From IMG/VR virus record IMGVR_UViG_2740892449_000004: a DNA stretch of 64,000 nucleotides; one strand, written 5' to 3'. Numbering within the stretch: the stretch's first letter is position 1; each line of letters begins with the position of its first letter. The position numbers were made by a program, and so were the translations under genes. Of this stretch, positions 43,404 through 53,053 are shown one piece after another. This DNA comes from a virus (Duplodnaviria > Heunggongvirae > Uroviricota > Caudoviricetes). A model generated the notes under the pieces. That model worked only from the letters and a program-made list of their open reading frames with translations. It was not told the origin of the DNA and searched no databases.

Positions 43404-44993
43404 ATGTCTCAATATTCAATTCAACAGTCATTAGGTAATGCATCCGGCGTCGCGGTTAGCCCGATCAATGCCGATGCGACGTTATCTACCGGTGTTGCAT
43501 TAAATAGCAGCTTGTGGGCTGGTATTGGCGTATTTGCGCGTGGCAAGCCGTTTACTGTTCTTGCGGTTACTGAGTCCAATTACGAAGATGTTCTCGGCGA
43601 ACCGCTGAAGCCGTCTTCCGGCTCACAGTTCGAACCAATTCGCCATGTATACGAAGCTATTCAGCAAACATCTGGTTATGTTGTTCGCGCTGTTCCGGAT
43701 GATGCGAAGTTCCCGATTATTATGTTCGATGAATCAGGCGAACCGGCTTACAGTGCGTTGCCATACGGTTCTGAAATTGAACTTGATAGTGGCGAAGCCT
43801 TTGCTATCTACGTTGATGATGGTGATCCGTGTATTTCACCTACCCGTGAGTTAACCATCGAAACGGCAACAGCGGACAGCGCGGGTAATGAACGCTTCCT
43901 CTTAAAACTGACCCAGACGACTTCGCTCGGCGTGGTAACGACCCTGGAGACACACACTGTGTCTTTGGCGGAAGAAGCGAAAGATGACATGGGCCGCTTG
44001 TGTTATCTGCCTACGGCTCTGGAAGCCCGTTCTAAATATCTGCGCGCGGTTGTTAATGAAGAGCTGATTTCGACAGCGAAAGTAACAAACAAAAAATCGT
44101 TGGCGTTCACTGGCGGTACCAACGGCGATCAGTCGAAAATCTCAACCGCTGCGTACCTGCGTGCGGTTAAGGTGCTGAACAATGCGCCGTACATGTACAC
44201 CGCTGTTCTCGGCCTGGGTTGCTATGACAATGCGGCGATCACCGCGTTAGGTAATATCTGTTCTGATCGCCTGATTGATGGCTTCTTTGATGTCAAACCG
44301 ACATTGACGTACACGGAAGCGATCTCTGCTGTTGAAGATACCGGTTTACTTGGTACCGATTATGTAAGCTGTGCTGTCTATCACTTCCCGTTCTCCTGCA
44401 AAGACAAATGGACCCAATCCCGTGTTGTCTTCGGTCTGTCTGGCGCGGCGTATGCGGCGAAAGCTCGTGGCGTTAAGAAAAACTCCGATGTCGGCGGTTG
44501 GCATTACTCACCGGCTGGTGAAGAACGTGCCGTCATTGCTCGTGCATCACTTCAGCCGCTGTATCCTGAAGACACCCCGGACGAAGAAGCTATGGTCAAG
44601 GGCCGACTCAATAAAGTATCTGTAGGTACTTCGGGCCAGATGATCATCGATGATGCTTTAACTTGCTGCACGCAGGATAACTATCTGCACTTCCAGCACG
44701 TCCCATCCCTGATGAATGCAATCAGCCGTTTCTTTGTCCAGTTAGCCCGACAGATGAAGCATAGCCCGGACGGTATTACTGCGGTTGGCCTGACTAAAGG
44801 GATGACCAAACTTTTAGATCGCTTTGTCGCCTCCGGCGCTCTGGTGGCTCCTCGTGATCCTGATGCTGACGGTACAGAACCGTATGTGCTGAAAGTTACG
44901 CAGGCGGAATTCGATAAATGGGAAGTAGTCTGGGCCTGCTGCCCGACTGGCGTAGCCCGTCGTATCCAGGGCGTACCGCTGCTTATTAAGTAA
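43404..44993 (+). CDS. Structural protein (P1 gp22-like, tail sheath candidate)
   Basis: 529-aa ORF following a GC-rich hairpin; assignment by position and size only. Confidence 0.5.
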   Translation: MSQYSIQQSLGNASGVAVSPINADATLSTGVALNSSLWAGIGVFARGKPFTVLAVTESNYEDVLGEPLKPSSGSQFEPIRHVYEAIQQTSGYVVRAVPDDAKFPIIMFDESGEPAYSALPYGSEIELDSGEAFAIYVDDGDPCISPTRELTIETATADSAGNERFLLKLTQTTSLGVVTTLETHTVSLAEEAKDDMGRLCYLPTALEARSKYLRAVVNEELISTAKVTNKKSLAFTGGTNGDQSKISTAAYLRAVKVLNNAPYMYTAVLGLGCYDNAAITALGNICSDRLIDGFFDVKPTLTYTEAISAVEDTGLLGTDYVSCAVYHFPFSCKDKWTQSRVVFGLSGAAYAAKARGVKKNSDVGGWHYSPAGEERAVIARASLQPLYPEDTPDEEAMVKGRLNKVSVGTSGQMIIDDALTCCTQDNYLHFQHVPSLMNAISRFFVQLARQMKHSPDGITAVGLTKGMTKLLDRFVASGALVAPRDPDADGTEPYVLKVTQAEFDKWEVVWACCPTGVARRIQGVPLLIK

Positions 44994-45002
44994 GGGAATA
45001 CA

Positions 45003-45818
45003 ATGAGCAAAAACTTTTTTCAATCCGGGGCATTTTTGGGGAATGGACTGTCCCGTTTCGCTTTGAACTCTGATCCTGTGCAGCTGATGGAGTCTGCCCG
45101 AGCAAGCGCACAACCGCCAGCAGATCCGATTATTAATAATAATCCGGAACCGGCGGCACAGATTAACGAGAACGTTCCACCTGACCAGGCTCCTGAGCAA
45201 ATCCTGGAAGGGAAAGAAGGTAAAGAATGGACCGTTGAACAGGCGCACCAGATGATTCTGGAAGCTGCAAATCGAAGTGCTATGCAGAATGCGTTGAGTG
45301 ATGCGGCCGACGCCGTTTTCGCCTGGGCTGATAGCGGTGATCTGACTTTCGACTCCCTTGATGGTTTCGTTCAGGCTATCGCGGGTATCTCTGACGACGA
45401 CGACACCGAAGTTACAGAAGAACAGGACGATGCCTATAACGAAGCATGGGCAAATGTTGCTGACTTCCTCGCAGCATGCGGTGTAGATGATGACCTGATC
45501 GAAGCACTGGCCGACGATGAAGACGACGACGCAGCTGCTGATGTTGGTTCCGCTATCGCTGGTTTGGATAGCGACGACCGCGACGAACTGGAAGCGGCGT
45601 TCGTTGTTGCTGGAACTTCTGATGAAATGCTGACTGAAGCATTTAAGAAGGTTGTTCGTAATGGTGAGATCAAACTCATCCGTAAACGCCTGCGTAAAAA
45701 ACGTCTGACTGCGGCTCAAAAATCGGCGCTGAAAAAAGCGCGTCGAAAAGCCCAGACCGGCGCGGCAAAACTTGCCCGCAAAAAGTCAATGAAACTGCGC
45801 CGTAAGCGCCTTGGCTAA
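45003..45818 (+). CDS. Acidic protein with basic K/R-rich C-terminal tail
   Basis: 271-aa ORF; D/E-rich body, C-terminus KKRLTAAQKSALKKARRKAQ. Confidence 0.5.
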   Translation: MSKNFFQSGAFLGNGLSRFALNSDPVQLMESARASAQPPADPIINNNPEPAAQINENVPPDQAPEQILEGKEGKEWTVEQAHQMILEAANRSAMQNALSDAADAVFAWADSGDLTFDSLDGFVQAIAGISDDDDTEVTEEQDDAYNEAWANVADFLAACGVDDDLIEALADDEDDDAAADVGSAIAGLDSDDRDELEAAFVVAGTSDEMLTEAFKKVVRNGEIKLIRKRLRKKRLTAAQKSALKKARRKAQTGAAKLARKKSMKLRRKRLG

Positions 45819-45853
45819 AGGAGGAGGCCGGAGAACTCCGGCCTTTAACTTGA

Positions 45854-46435
45854 ATGGCACCTATACCTTATGGGGTTTACAGCCAGGCTGACGGTGTATC
45901 GCCATTTCTGAAAGTTACTTTAACGAACTCTCAGTACCAGGTTACCGGATATATCAGCCAGGGAGCGGCAATGAACATGGCCCAGAATTGGGAAGCGCCA
46001 TTTACCGGTATGTCCATGGGATCTGTTTCTGGTGCTCTGGGTGGTTTTGTGCAAGTAGGTACTGAAACAACGTCTGTTGCCCGTTGGAATAGCTTAATGG
46101 TTTGGGAAGGGGGGACTCCGCCGACGTTCACGCTGCCCGTAACTTTCATTGCTTTGAACAATCCATTCATTGAAGTTTCAGGCGCTATCGCCGCGTTGAC
46201 AGCCATGATTAGCCCGGAACTAAAAGCGGCCAATGTTGGTGGTCGAATCCCGGAGCGCGTGACGCTAAACATTGGTCGCCGGATCAACATCACCGATGTC
46301 GCCATCCAGGACTTAAGTTTTGATCTCGATGCGCCAAGGGACAGTAATGGATATTTCCTGAAAAACACCGTCAACCTCCAGTTGACCGGTTCTTCGATAT
46401 ATAACAGCTCCGATATTGTTCGGGCGTTCCAGTAA
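45854..46435 (+). CDS. Putative tail tube protein
   Basis: 193-aa ORF downstream of sheath candidate; size typical of contractile-tail tube proteins. Confidence 0.45.
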   Translation: MAPIPYGVYSQADGVSPFLKVTLTNSQYQVTGYISQGAAMNMAQNWEAPFTGMSMGSVSGALGGFVQVGTETTSVARWNSLMVWEGGTPPTFTLPVTFIALNNPFIEVSGAIAALTAMISPELKAANVGGRIPERVTLNIGRRINITDVAIQDLSFDLDAPRDSNGYFLKNTVNLQLTGSSIYNSSDIVRAFQ

Positions 46436-46446
46436 AAGGATTTTAT

Positions 46447-46956
46447 ATGGGGCACAATAACACTAAGGGAAACCGTAAATTTATTAAGGGCCGCTATACT
46501 GCCAACGCGGCCAAAGGCGAACGACTGGTATCTTCTGAATTCCAGCTCACTTTTGCAGGCTATGAAGATATCAGCGTACTGGTTCGCACGTCGCAAATCC
46601 CTGAAATGACCCGCGAGGATGTGGAGGACTATGGCCCAAATGGTGTGAAGTTCAACCAGCACGGTCCAATCCGTAACTCCGGGGAAATCCAGGTCCAGTG
46701 CGTGGAGACTATCGAAGGCGATATTCTTCAGTTCATTAAAGATCGCATTGCGGCGAAGGACTATGTTGATATCACGATGGCTGCGACCCCTGAATCCAAA
46801 TCTTCCGGGGTTAACGCTGTGACAAAAGCTGCTACAACAATTGAAATGTTGGACTGCAAAATCTACAGTGATGCAATCGACTTTAGTACCGAAGATGTGA
46901 CTGCCGCTGTGCGCCCGTCACTTCGTATCGTCTACAACTGGATTGAGTGGGATTAA
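46447..46956 (+). CDS. Hypothetical structural protein
   Basis: 169-aa ORF followed by a strong terminator. Confidence 0.5.
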   Translation: MGHNNTKGNRKFIKGRYTANAAKGERLVSSEFQLTFAGYEDISVLVRTSQIPEMTREDVEDYGPNGVKFNQHGPIRNSGEIQVQCVETIEGDILQFIKDRIAAKDYVDITMAATPESKSSGVNAVTKAATTIEMLDCKIYSDAIDFSTEDVTAAVRPSLRIVYNWIEWD

Positions 46957-46975
46957 GAGTCATCCCTTGTATTTT

Positions 46976-46999
46976 AAAGCTCCTTCGGGAGCTTTTTTT
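46976..46999 (+). terminator. Rho-independent terminator
   Basis: AAAGCTCC-TTCG-GGAGCTTT hairpin followed by TTTTTTT. Confidence 0.75.
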
Positions 47000-47097
47000 A
47001 TAACTATTTTATATAAACATGCATCGATAACATTGTCTGGAGTTTTATGTTAGATTATTAATGTTCTAATAAACTACAATTATTGAGGTAGCTGTTT

Positions 47098-47723
47098 GTG
47101 CCTGTACTGTTAAAGGGGGACTCTAAAATGGCTGTGATTCCAATGTCGTACTCCCCGGGTACTGTCGCTCGTCGATTTTCGATCCTGGACGGAGTTACCA
47201 TCCAAGGTGTGCTTTACCAGGTTATATGGGATTCCAAAACCCCATTTGCAGCTGTAATAGAGCTGCGCCTTCTATTATCGATGGTGATATGCGCCATAAG
47301 GTTGTCGCTACTCTTGAACTTCAACGTCGCCCGCAGCTTGAAGGCGTACTGGTAAGGAAGTTCTGGGAGGATAGCGATGTTGCCCAGATTGAAGGTATCG
47401 TGGTTGATGGAACCGTCCGGGATGTCGGTTTAGCTACTTTTGTTTACGAAACCGTAGCCTCAAAAGCTGGTGTTGTTTTGCTCAGTGATAATGAGCAATA
47501 CGAAGGTGGAAAAGCTCTTTGGCAACACATCGCCCGTCGCTCTTCCGAGCTAAAAGTGTTTATCCTTGACACCGATGCCGCTCAGTATTACCCGTTTGAC
47601 GGCGAACGTGTTTGCTATGACGGGGTAAGTATTCCTGAATCCGAGATATGGAGTGAACACCCAGATCGAAGTAAGCATGGGGTTGTTCTGGTCGCTGAAT
47701 CCATAATTGGAAATGCGGCATAG
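47098..47723 (+). CDS. Hypothetical protein (frameshifted near 47266-47270)
   Basis: 85-aa and 165-aa ORFs overlap in frames 1 and 0; they join as ...AAVIELRPSIIDGDMRHK... if one C is restored in GCGCCT. Confidence 0.5.
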
Positions 47724-47905
47724 CAGTAAAAAATTCCTTGCTCCTTAAAAGGGGAGAGGGTTAATCTACGTATGCTAAGCATAGATATGGCCTCAGATTA
47801 ATGTTAAGCGTCTTGCAGGACGCGTAATGTTATCTGGGGCTTTCTTCTATCTGCTTTTCGGGTAATGCCTGAAGCAGATAGCCTCAAGCACCCGCAACGA
47901 TTGTA

Positions 47906-48151
47906 TCAATGTCTGGCTTTTTTTCTATAGAAATCACCTGGAAGGGTGAATATCCACATCAGAAGAAATGTTGCAGCAAACATGATCCCTAATGGCCAGA
48001 CCGCGCCAAAGAAAATCCATTCTAAGATCTCCTCTGCTTGTTCTTTGCGGTCGATATCGACAAGCATTTTTCGGCTGATCATGTATACACAGAAGCCAAT
48101 ACAAACATATTCTGCAAAAGCGATCGCTAACTGTAAAAAATCAGATTGCAT
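47906..48151 (-). CDS. Small membrane protein downstream of repL
   Basis: about 81 codons from MQSDFLQ behind GGAG; two hydrophobic helices. Confidence 0.3.
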   Translation of the reverse strand: MQSDFLQLAIAFAEYVCIGFCVYMISRKMLVDIDRKEQAEEILEWIFFGAVWPLGIMFAATFLLMWIFTLPGDFYRKKARH

Positions 48152-48201
48152 CTCCGACCTCAAACTGAAAACGCCAGGTGACTCCAGATTAGAGCAATCT
48201 A

Positions 48202-49047
48202 TCACCCTCTGAATCCTGCCGGTATACCCCATTGTTCGTTATCTTTATTTTTGGCTAAAACCGCATTAAGAGCTTCGTTTACCGTCATGCAATGCGGCAA
48301 ATTATCGAAGTTTGATACCCCGCCAATATCAGGAGAACGCTTGTTCTTCAGGTAAGCATATTTCCGCGCTGCCGCCTCTACTTTCTGCTTGAACTCATGT
48401 TTTTGAGCGCGCTTTTTGGATAACCGCAGATTGTCAGCCTTTGCTTTTGCCTCAGCGATCCATGAAGTCAATTTTTTGAGTCTGCTCGTTCCGGCACCGC
48501 CGGAAACTGATCTTTTTGTTTTTTTAACTTGTGACTTCTTATTCTTTATTGCCACGTCATCCTGACAGGGGGAGGGGGTATCATTTTGACATGGGGGTGT
48601 GGATAAAAAATTAAATAAAGCCAATGTCTTAGCGAGAACAGCTTTAACCTTGGTTGCCGCTGAAGAGATCTTTAATTTGCTTTCAATCAGCGCATTTTTG
48701 GCTTGTTGTGCGAAGGCCAAAAAGGATGGCGTAAACCGGTACAGGTTAGCGCGACGTTCACGGTGATCGCCGATAACAATCTCTACAGACAGAATTCCTT
48801 TGTTTACAGCTTCACGGAATGCACGAACGACGGTTGATTGGCTATAACCAGTTTCTGCCGCGATCAGGCGGTGAGGCTTGTGAATGAAGTATTCACTGGT
48901 TGTTGCCGCGAGATTTGCACATTGCGACAGGATATGCCCGGTGCTACGGGATAGACCGGAGTGTGTTACAAAGCAGGCCAATTCATAGCCAGAAAAAGTA
49001 AAATCGCTCATCGTTATACAGCTCAGGAAAGTGACTTTAGCCAGCAT
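48202..49047 (-). CDS. repL: RepL lytic replication protein
   Basis: 281-aa ORF as last gene of the c4-icd-ant-kilA-repL order; assignment by operon context and size. Confidence 0.6.
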   Translation of the reverse strand: MLAKVTFLSCITMSDFTFSGYELACFVTHSGLSRSTGHILSQCANLAATTSEYFIHKPHRLIAAETGYSQSTVVRAFREAVNKGILSVEIVIGDHRERRANLYRFTPSFLAFAQQAKNALIESKLKISSAATKVKAVLAKTLALFNFLSTPPCQNDTPSPCQDDVAIKNKKSQVKKTKRSVSGGAGTSRLKKLTSWIAEAKAKADNLRLSKKRAQKHEFKQKVEAAARKYAYLKNKRSPDIGGVSNFDNLPHCMTVNEALNAVLAKNKDNEQWGIPAGFRG

Positions 49048-49129
49048 TACAATGCTGGTGGTTCTTACTACGTCTGTTAGCGCGTTGCCGCGACAGGTAC
49101 CAGCACACCAGCATCAAGCAATCGCTTCA

Positions 49130-49876
49130 TCAGCACTGCTGACCTTTGCCGGTTATACGAGTCGTGAAAGAAATCCTGCTTCCATTGCTTGTATCGATCA
49201 CGGTTTCTTTAAGGGTGAAATACCCACGGGATATGTATTCTTGTTTGGGGACGTTCCTGCGTTCACCGGTTGCGATCAGAATTCCGTTATCACGCAACCA
49301 GGTGAAGAGATAGTTTTGGCCCAGGCCGAGCACTTTGGCATAGTTGCCGATTAGAACCCCGCTGGCGGTAGCAACGCGTTCGGCGAATTCGACTTTAGGT
49401 GCATCCATAAGCATTTTTTGCTCCAGCCGTTGCTTTTGCTCTGCCAGGTCGGCAGCCAAACGGAGAGCTTCAGGGAGACTCTGCGGAATAGCAGGTTGTA
49501 ATCTTCCAGCTCGATAGTCGATAAATGTCTGGTTTACCTTCAGCCGAAACGCGGGAGAAATCCAGCCTGCGTACTCCACAGCGAGCAATTCATGGGCAAA
49601 AGTGCCGCCGCCACGGCCTTCGAACGAAACTATGCAATTCTGCATAGTTTCTTTTTCAAGCTCTTCGATGAGCTGTTTGGCTGACAGCGTTCTTAGCCAT
49701 TGAGCTGGCGCTTTATGGGCACCGAGTCCGCTCGCTCTGTGTAGAGCATTAAGGTTGTAACGGCCAGCGCGGTCGGTCGTAATTTCAACACCACAAATAA
49801 CAGGCAGAGTGGTTGAAGGATCGACATTTTGATGAAGGTTTGATATATTCATATCCGCATTGAATGTTTGTTGCAT
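49130..49876 (-). CDS. kilA: KilA (KilA-N domain plus antirepressor-type C-terminal domain)
   Basis: 248-aa ORF; C-terminal domain is a paralog of the ant C-terminus (PEALRLAA.LAEQKQ.LEQK). Confidence 0.65.
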   Translation of the reverse strand: MQQTFNADMNISNLHQNVDPSTTLPVICGVEITTDRAGRYNLNALHRASGLGAHKAPAQWLRTLSAKQLIEELEKETMQNCIVSFEGRGGGTFAHELLAVEYAGWISPAFRLKVNQTFIDYRAGRLQPAIPQSLPEALRLAADLAEQKQRLEQKMLMDAPKVEFAERVATASGVLIGNYAKVLGLGQNYLFTWLRDNGILIATGERRNVPKQEYISRGYFTLKETVIDTSNGSRISFTTRITGKGQQC

Positions 49877-49945
49877 TTTTTCTCCAAATTTGCATCAACC
49901 TTCAATCACCAGCTCGAAATGGTGATTCTTTGCACTTAGAAAACG

Positions 49946-49962
49946 AAATTTATTAGAGCAAA
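49946..49962 (-). promoter_or_regulatory. C1 operator upstream of kilA-repL
   Basis: reverse complement TTTGCTCTAATAAATTT, 16/17. Confidence 0.55.
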
Positions 49963-50039
49963 TTTTTCTGACTCGATCCAGATCGGGTTGGTCGATCTGC
50001 TCAGAAACCTGCCAGTTTGCTGGCAGGTTTTTTCTTTTG

Positions 50040-51448
50040 TTAACCTATTGCTACTGGTTTTAACAAACCAGCATCAAGTAGCTTGCGAGTTAACCACTGC
50101 TGGCCTTTACCCGTTAATTGGGGCGTCAGCCGTATCTGGTAGCCATTTTCATCATCCAGCACCACTTCTTTCACCGTGAAATATCCGGCGTTGATGTACT
50201 GCTGGCGCGGTACGTTTTTGCGCGCACCAAAAGCATGAGAATGCCGTTCTGGCGCAACCATGAGAAAAGGGCGTTTTGCTTAAGTCCAACGACCTTTGCA
50301 AAGTTCCCGATCAGGATTCCATTAGCCACTGATACCCGGTCGGCAAAATCGACTTTAGGGGCTGCGGCCACCAGCTGCTGATTTAGCTGGTGGGTTTTCT
50401 GTTCCAGTAGCTGCTTTTGTTCAGCCAGCTCGGCAGCCAGGCGCAGAGCTTCGGGAAGCGTCTGGGGGATTGCGACCGGTTGCTGTTCTTTTTGCTGGAA
50501 GTAGCTGTCTTCCAGTTTTTCAAAGAATGCCCACGCTTGCTCTGTGTCTACGATCTTAGACATGCGTGCCGCTCCGCGTTCGGTCCAGAGTATTAAGGAT
50601 CTGGTCTTGGGGGAAATTTGCAGCTCGCTAAAAGATAGTCGCAAACTTTTTATCTCATCTCCTTTGATTTTAAAGAAGTGTTTACCCTCTACAAATCGTT
50701 CTTCATTGCGATTGTAGTTCTGCTGAATACGAATAGGTGTAGTGCCATACCCTCTAGCAAGAGTCTCGGTTGTCACGACGCGTACTCCCTGCCATTCCAG
50801 AACGGGAATTTCATCAGGCTGATTTTCAACATTTATAGGTTCCAATGACTGAATCATGGTATGTAGCGAACGGCGGACCGCTTTCGATTCGCGCGCGGCG
50901 ACTCGCAGGGCTTGTTTGTAGGTCATGGTTATGACAACCATAGGCGTACCGCCACCTGGCGGCACGGTTGCACTTTTTGTGTAACCGTCCTCACCTTCTA
51001 ATTCGTCGAGTATTTTTTCGATGAATTTGTTGTTCCGAACCTCTGGTTCCCCACATAACTTACGCGCTTCATTGACCATCTTTAACAGTGTCAGGCTGTC
51101 GATTGTGTCTCCGGTGTTGGGGATAATATTCACGGCTGGTGCTGGCGTAGCTGACGTAACAGGTGCTGGTTTTTCAACATTCAAATTATTACCGGTCATT
51201 CTATGTGCCTCCTTTCTCATTTCTGCTGCCACTGTTGCGTAACGTAGACGTCCTTGTTCAATCAAATAATCCCTGATCTCGGCTATCAGTAGCCTGTTGA
51301 TCACAGCCTTATCTGTTCGGGTATAAAAACGCCTGGTTATCATGAAATAGTTAGCAATTGCGCCGGGGATCTCCCGTGTCGGCATACAGGCAGTATGCAA
51401 GGCGATCGCTTCGGCTATTTCATTACGGGTGACGAGAGGTGTTTTCAT
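50040..51448 (-). CDS. ant: Antirepressor Ant (frameshifted near 50228-50231)
   Basis: Start MKTPLVTRNE overlaps icd stop; C-terminal domain homologous to KilA C-terminus continues in the -1 frame (73-aa ORF 50040..50261) after a T4 run. Confidence 0.7.
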
Positions 51449-51666
51449 AAACCCCCCTGAACGTCGGCAGAGAAGGGGAGGCTCCAATAACTAAGTGAAT
51501 TGCGCGAGTTAGTTGAAAAACGGGCAGTAAAAATGCAGGGGCCATCAGGCAATTGAGAGCGTGCTTCGTCTTCTGTTGCTGCGATAACGAAGTGATAGTG
51601 GTGTTTTTGGCAGGAGTAAAAGCGCCAGATAAATTCAGGATGAGTAGGGGTAGGGATAGTAGCCAC
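51445..51666 (-). CDS. icd: Icd-like small protein (GTG start)
   Basis: 73 codons with AGGAGG ribosome-binding site, 4-nt overlap with ant start. Confidence 0.55.
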   Translation of the reverse strand: MATIPTPTHPEFIWRFYSCQKHHYHFVIAATEDEARSQLPDGPCIFTARFSTNSRNSLSYWSLPFSADVQGGL

Positions 51667-51684
51667 AATGGCAGCCTCCTTTTG

Positions 51685-51800
51685 CTAATTTAAGGAGCTA
51701 CCGCGTGAGGTTCCAATCTCAATGGCGGTAGCACTGACTGGGTTGGAACTACCGGCGCAAAAGGGAACCGGCCTGCCTTTCGGCAGCCCAGCCAGCACTA
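51685..51800 (-). ncRNA. c4: Candidate c4-type antisense regulatory RNA region (ends not defined)
   Basis: Noncoding leader between operator/promoter and icd with nested inverted repeats (GCTACCGC/GCGGTAGC, GGTTCCAA/TTGGAAC); position as for P1 c4. Confidence 0.3.
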
Positions 51801-51850
51801 CCATTGATCTCGGAGCTATGTGCTACGTATGGTTGTGCGATGGCATGACA

Positions 51851-51874
51851 CAAAAAAAGACGCTTTTGGCGTCT
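51851..51874 (-). terminator. Terminator-like hairpin in the immI leader
   Basis: On minus strand AGACGC-CAAAA-GCGTCT followed by TTTTTTTGTG. Confidence 0.45.
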
Positions 51875-52000
51875 ATGTCGCCTTTTGCATTATCCGGGGT
51901 TCCAATCCCGGCATCCGTTTTACTAAGATGCCTGTTTAGGATAAACCGAAAATGCATTAGCACGCAAGCAAGTTAATGTAGCATATGAAGCTAAAAAAAT

Positions 52001-52017
52001 AAAATAATTAGAGCAAC
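52001..52017 (-). promoter_or_regulatory. C1 operator at head of immI
   Basis: reverse complement GTTGCTCTAATTATTTT, 14/17. Confidence 0.45.
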
Positions 52018-52085
52018 TTGCAACCATGTAAATTATTTCTCTGGTAACTAAAATGTATGAGTTTAATTGATATGGGTCAAAGATT

Positions 52086-52114
52086 TTGACCATTGCATGG
52101 TGAAACTTTATGCT
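52086..52114 (+). promoter_or_regulatory. Sigma70-type promoter for the AT-rich cassette
   Basis: TTGACC - 17 bp - TATGCT, 50 nt upstream of ATG at 52164. Confidence 0.45.
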
Positions 52115-52163
52115 ACAAAATGTTATTTTAAGGCGTTTTATCTGTGGCAGGAGATAGTTAATC

Positions 52164-52514
52164 ATGTCATCTGAACATGTTCGTAAAGGTGTAACAAATG
52201 CGAAATTCAATGAAGAGCAATCTAATATTCTCTTTATTGAAATAGGAATTCTGTCAATACTGATAGGTTTAATGTCTAAATCATGGTGGGCCTTTGGCGG
52301 TTCTTTTCTTGGACTGATTTTTAGTTTAAGAATAAAATTTCTAGCAATACCATTGATGATTGTATTTAGCTTAGTATGGGGAGCTATTGGCTATAGTATT
52401 GGTACTTTGTTTGAATCAACAGCAGCAAGTATTGTTTTGGGGGTAATTGCTTTCCTGAGTGGTTTGGGTACTCATTTTGCTGCCGTGCAATGGGCAAATG
52501 ATATTGCAGAATAA
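52164..52514 (+). CDS. Small integral membrane protein (3 TM helices), AT-rich cassette gene 1
   Basis: 116-aa ORF with GGAGA ribosome-binding site; three hydrophobic helices; AT-rich codon usage unlike neighbours. Confidence 0.6.
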   Translation: MSSEHVRKGVTNAKFNEEQSNILFIEIGILSILIGLMSKSWWAFGGSFLGLIFSLRIKFLAIPLMIVFSLVWGAIGYSIGTLFESTAASIVLGVIAFLSGLGTHFAAVQWANDIAE

Positions 52515-52536
52515 TTACAGATAAGAAGCGAAAAGA

Positions 52537-52959
52537 ATGAATATGAGATGGTTTTTATTATTTGTATCGTTAGTTTCAGCAGGAACATTTGCAAAAATTG
52601 ATCCTCTACAATGGAATGTAATTGAAGAGAGAGGGGGGAGAGAATATACAATCCATAATCATAATGGTGATAAGATAAGTTTTTTATGTGATATGGGATT
52701 CATGTATGGTTCACCAGATAGTGCAGGTAGTTTAGGCTTGTTGCTAAGTTCGTCGAATAATAAAAAAGAGTATAATGCTGACAAGAATAAAATAGTATTA
52801 ACTATAGATGGTGAGCAATATCCTTTTAGCAATCTTGGATCAATGGTTGGAGATTCTTGGTGGTATGCCTTTTGGCAAGATGCAGCAGATTCAAATGCTA
52901 ATATGATTGATGCTTATGTTGATAATGAAAAAATTGCTACATTCCCTCTTTCTGGCTAA
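52537..52959 (+). CDS. Secreted/periplasmic protein, AT-rich cassette gene 2
   Basis: 140-aa ORF with signal peptide MNMRWFLLFVSLVSAGTFA. Confidence 0.6.
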   Translation: MNMRWFLLFVSLVSAGTFAKIDPLQWNVIEERGGREYTIHNHNGDKISFLCDMGFMYGSPDSAGSLGLLLSSSNNKKEYNADKNKIVLTIDGEQYPFSNLGSMVGDSWWYAFWQDAADSNANMIDAYVDNEKIATFPLSG

Positions 52960-53053
52960 GTAAGTTGTATCAACAAGCCAAAATGGATGGATGTATTAAA
53001 CGAGGCAAATGATCTTTCTGTGTTAAAGATTAACGCAATCAATAAAACATTGG

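Noticed and set aside
50040-50261. 73-aa ORF as an independent gene
   Set aside because: It is the C-terminal continuation of ant in the -1 frame.
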